From a virus (lineage: Duplodnaviria > Caudoviricetes), in IMG/VR virus record IMGVR_UViG_3300037458_000153, positions 1-25,404 of that record: a stretch of DNA of 25,404 nt; one strand, given 5' to 3'. The position numbers and the translations under genes were made by a program. Positions 25,289-25,404 of the stretch are shown one piece after another; the first letter of the stretch is position 1; the number at the start of each line of letters is the position of its first letter. The notes under the pieces are model-generated. The model did not search any database, was not told the origin of the DNA, and worked only from the letters and a program-made list of their open reading frames with translations.

Positions 25289-25404
25289 TATGTAGTACGT
25301 TAAATAAAAAAGCCGCCAAGAAGTGGGAAAACTTGGCGGCTAACGATTGGTAAGAGAGTTTAAGTGAATTGCACGTCACTTGCAATTATATAGTCAATCT
25401 GATT
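25289..25404. repeat. Terminal direct repeat, copy 2
   Basis: Identical to 16-131. Confidence 0.95.

Noticed and set aside
1-25404. Gene transfer agent cluster or alternative genetic code
   Set aside because: Circularity, integrase with attP and cos-type HNH/terminase argue against a GTA; genes are intact in the standard code with all three stop codons used

Overview
This window looks like a complete, circular ~25.3 kb tailed-phage-like genome: bases 16-131 recur at 25289-25404. The minus strand carries a full HK97/lambda-type morphogenesis module: HNH, TerS, TerL, portal, protease, capsid, head-tail proteins, tail tube, frameshifted chaperone, tape measure and Cys-rich distal proteins. It also has plus-strand putative fibre/adhesin genes sharing an SGGxKLSG repeat, and a large serine integrase beside a symmetric attP-like site. 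I recognise no replication, sigma-factor, CI-repressor or endolysin gene. The most striking signal is non-coding. Most structural transcription units start at a TA(A/G)ATA-N4/5-T|A element resembling T4 late promoters, often giving leaderless ATG starts. Several ribosome-binding sites sit in hairpins that this promoter would open. Promoter-to-terminator small-RNA units fill the intergenic regions, including one with CsrA/RsmA consensus sites. My inference is an integrating element that builds its own virion but relies on a helper or host for late transcription, replication and lysis. All calls are by eye; no database searches were run.
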